Notes under the pieces: model-generated
What the model saw: the letters and a program-made list of their open reading frames with translations, nothing else
Database searches by the model: none
Told to the model about the DNA's origin: nothing
Shown here: one piece after another, positions 60,425 through 64,000 of the stretch
Position numbering within the stretch: position 1 is the first letter of the stretch
Layout of the letters: each line of letters begins with the position of its first letter
Translations under genes and position numbers: made by a program
Origin: Azolla caroliniana
Taxonomy: Eukaryota; Plantae; Polypodiophyta
DNA: 64,000 nucleotides
Reading direction: 5' to 3'
Assembly: GCA_043228905.1 (NCBI GenBank)
Contig: JBHGNT010000021.1
Coordinates: 11,408,001-11,472,000, forward strand

Positions 60425-63400
60425 ACGTGAAGATAAAACAAGAAGCTTATATTAATTCTCTGTTAAAGTTTTACATTGTAACCGAGCCTTTATATAGGTC
60501 ACCGGTGCTGCGTACCGGCACTTGTTCGGAACCAGTCTTGATCTAGATCGGCATACTGATTCCGGTCCGTCCATTCACTACTTAATTATAATCTATTCTA
60601 CTTAATTAAAGTAGATTTCGAATAACAATCCCTTTCACTGGCACGCCCGTGGGACAGTACCTTGTACGTCGAATCCCACTATTCGGCCCTTAGCCTTTGT
60701 CCAAGATATCCAGAATACTCTGCTTCAGGGTATCCAATGGTTGTTCGGAACTCTATTGTTGCTGTTGTTGTGGATGTTGTTGTGGTTGTTATTGCTGCTG
60801 TTGTGGTTATTGTTGTTGTGGATCCAGCTCCTCCAACTGTTGCTCTTTAGATGGCGTCTGTTCGGCTCCAGGTAGCGGCGGTTGTGGCGGTGATTCCTCC
60901 GTTAGCTGCTCTGTCAAGTTTGACTCCGGTTGACTCGCCCCGGCCTTGTCTCCGTCCGGTCCTTGCTCTGGTGATGGCTCCTCATCGCTGAGGTTGACGG
61001 TCGCCGCCTGCATTGCTTCTTCTCTCCGTAGCCTGGTCTGCTCATAGCTTTCAAACTAGATTTGAGCATACAGTCGATCATCGTCTAGCTGTGCTACCAG
61101 TTGTCGGACCACTACTGATTGTTCCTCTGCTAGAGTTACAAAATCTTCTGCTAGCTCATCTCTTACAGCGGTGAAGTCCTCTTTTGTTAGCATGTAACAG
61201 TCGTCATCATCCTTCTGCCGGTTTTCCGTGTCCGCCCTTAGCAACTGGAGCTCGGCTGTGTGCTTTGCCCATTTGTCCCCCCATTGCGCGGAGCTTTCGT
61301 CAATCAAGCGTTTGGTCTTGTTCCTCCATGCCTGGAAAATGAACTGGATCTGCTCCAATCCCATCTTCGATTTGTCCTCCGCGGCTTGTCGTTCGTCCTT
61401 CAATTGCTTGATCAGTGCCACCGTATCCACCTCCTACTCCCGGTAATGTGACAATTGGTTTTGATAGGTTTTCTGCAACCTCTGCAATACCATTGTCGCT
61501 CTTTCCTTCTCTTCATAATGTTGCTTATGGAGCTCCATACGTTCTTGCGCGGCTTCCTCCAGCAGTGTGGTTCTTTCAGCCCATTCCTCTGCTAGCGCCG
61601 TCTCAGCTCGATGTACCTCCTGCCGGAGCTCTGCCATCTTCTCCTGATGTTTCTTATGCTCCGTATCCAGGTGCTTGTAGTCCTGGTGCAGGTGCTCAAA
61701 ATCATCGGTCTTCTACTTCAGCTTTTGGTCGAGTTTCCGGCGAGTGCGGTCTTCCCGATCCTTCTGTTGAAGGAGTTCTTCTTTAAGTCTTTCGATCTCT
61801 GTTTCTGCCATCCGTCGCAGCTTCTCCTTTTCTTCAGCGCCTTCTCTTTCTCTTCCTTCAGTCGGTCATATGCCTGATGTCCTTTCCACAGATTCTCTTC
61901 TACCCGGCGGAGGTTCTTAACAATCTTTCTTTGCTCTTCTTCTACCACTTTCTTCAAGTCCCGCTCTCAGGTGCGTAATGCTTCTTGTGCGACCAGTTCA
62001 TCTCTCAATTCAGCAAGCTCTTTTGCTTGCACGGCCACTATCTCCGGGACTGGTTCCATCTCCGGGGTCTTATTGCTATGTACAGATGACGGTGTTTCTT
62101 TATTCTGTACATCTACCAGAGTCACCGGTGCTTGGATCGGTGGTCTGGTTAAGGCCATTTTGGCCAATTCTTCTATGGCCAGGTCCAAGTCTTGTTCTAA
62201 GCTCCGGATCCTTGACCGGGCCGTCTCTAGTTCTCCGGTTGTGACGAGCAACCGGTCCATCTGCGCTTTCTCTTCCGCCTCTATGTAGTGCACTACTCCG
62301 GCAATTTGTTCTCCAATCCACCGGAGCCATTGGTTTCCGGTGCCCTGTTGTTGCGTCTGCCCGGAGGGTTGGCTGTTGGTGTCATTGGCCAGTGGTCGGT
62401 ATTGTCCGGTTGTGTCGAGCTGCAACTCTGTCTCTGGTTGGTGACCACTTTGCCGTTCTGGTTCTGGTTGCGGCTCCGTTGGTCGCTCCGCCTTTGATTA
62501 CTCTTGACCTGTCGGTGGGGTAGGCAACTGTACTTCTGGCACTTGCATTTCGGGTCTTGTCGTATCCTGACCCGCCGGTATGGTTTGTCGTGTAGGGAGC
62601 TCTGTGACCGGTTCTGTCTGAACTGGTTCCGGTTCCACCCTTGGTGCGGGATGCTTCGTGAGGGGTAGAGGCGTTCCATCCTTCTTTGGGTCCGAACGTT
62701 GCCCGGCCTGTTCAGAGGTGCTTGCCTTCTAGCACCGCTGGAGGTGCTCTAATGGTTCCTTCTCCACTTCCTCCTCCTGAGTCCCAATGTTGATTTTTGC
62801 TACCAAGGGGTCCGGCTCTTGTTGAACCGTTCGGTGAAGTCTGATCTTGATTAGCCGTGCCGATGGCTCCTGCTGCGTTTCCACCTGCCTCTTTCTATTG
62901 GCGCGCTCCTTTGCCGCGTGGTCCTATCGGCCGCCTTCCCTTTGGTTGCCTTAGAGGCCAACAATAGTTGTTGTTTCGAGGCCGTTTTCGGGGTGACTGC
63001 GGTTGTTCTTCCCCGCTTCGTGGTTTTGACGAGCTTGATAGGTGGCGCCAATAGGGTGAGCCATTGCGCCACTGCCGTCCATATCTTCCGGCCCTCCTTG
63101 CCTCTGACAAAGTCGATGGCAGCACAGAGCCCATCCGCAATAAGTACCAGCCAGTCCACCTTCACGGCTTCATATGTTGCTTTGATTAAGTCGGCCCGGT
63201 TCTAAGGCATGCACGGGGGTCGAGGGTATACATGTCCAAATTCATGGAGCACATGGGCAATCTCTCGAAAGAGTGGATCTTCGCCGCCCTATGTCCGGTA
63301 GGCCTTGCTGGCTAGAGAGTATTCCCCAAAATATTTTCGGAGCTGCTCCGGGGTAGGGTTGTCGATAGTGAAGATGCCCCCTTCCGGAAGGCCAATCAAA

Positions 63401-64000
63401 GCATGCATGGCCTCCTCCGTGATCAGTTCCGTGTCGATCTCCTTTACTATCTTCTCCGCCTCCTGGTGCGGTGGAGCCTCCATGATTGTGAGGAAACCTT
63501 CTAACCTGTGTTGCCTTAGCCACTTCTTGGCTGCTTCAGAGAGTGCTTGGAAGTCCATGGCTTCTTCGAGGTCGGTGAACGCTGGTGACGGGTGTGTTTG
63601 AGGAGGCTTTGTGTGCGTGGGTTCGCGTCTACTGATCTTCAATCGCCTGTGCTCCTTTGTTCGCGAAATGTGAAGGTTTCCACGCGGTGGGAGTTTTCTT
63701 GCTACATGTTGCCGCCTTTTTTTCTGACTCACGCGTGTGCACGTCGTGTACTAAAATAGAATGACGTGCCATGTGGCGGCGGTTTAATATCCTTTTAATA
63801 GCCCACTACGTACCTTTTCAAAGTGCCTGTTCACTCCTTGTTCTTGCATGTGTCCGTTCACCCCTCGTCGATTTTATTTTTTTTATTTTTTTTATTTTTT
63901 TTATTTTTGATAAAAATGGTTTGATTAATTTGCATCCGGTCCTTCTAGACCCCTATCCGGATTGTGGGACTTTCCGGCTACTGGACTGCTTGTCGTGGCG
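60425..64000 (-). mobile_element. Third extra-ORF gypsy copy: partial 3' LTR (60425-60638), CCA stem-loop, extra-ORF pseudogene, A-rich spacer; runs off the window
   Basis: LTR similar to 30976-31434; same organisation as element A at 6500-9887. Confidence 0.85.
60690..63558 (-). pseudogene. Extra-ORF homolog, interrupted by stops and frameshifts
   Basis: LSEAAKKWLRQHRLEGFL...PHQEAE...YFGEYSLASKAYRT aligns with VSEELRLWLHERNLQGFI...PHPQAE...YFGEYSPSAKAYQT; AELQLLRAD and terminal SILDIL also shared. Confidence 0.88.

Noticed and set aside
60697-60933. Cys-rich metallothionein-like ORF
   Set aside because: Antisense reading of the (CAA/CAG)n Gln-rich tail of the extra-ORF pseudogene.

Overview
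Eukaryotic, plant-type heterochromatin made almost entirely of nested retrotransposons. I recognised no host genes, RNA genes or CRISPR arrays. Main contents: (A) a young full-length non-chromoviral Ty3/gypsy element (487-9887, TSD CTAAT) with an extra ~820-aa coiled-coil ORF, plus two diverged relatives (28840-31434 and 60425-64000); (B) several Ty1/copia elements, one almost intact (39707-45044, TSD ATCAC); (C) a tRNA-Trp-primed gypsy family that makes 4-bp TSDs; (D) a LINE fragment and solo LTRs. The strongest candidate for a new system is in the extra-ORF gypsy family. All three copies lack a polypurine tract next to the 3' LTR. In its place is a conserved, covarying stem-loop that resembles the 3' half of tRNA-Arg, ends in CCA and is complementary to the element's own PBS, which suggests a non-canonical priming mechanism. 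A second highlight is a conserved G-GAU-UUU slippery site plus a predicted pseudoknot between protease and RT in the Trp-primed family. All alignments and folds were done by eye and tRNA identities are from memory.
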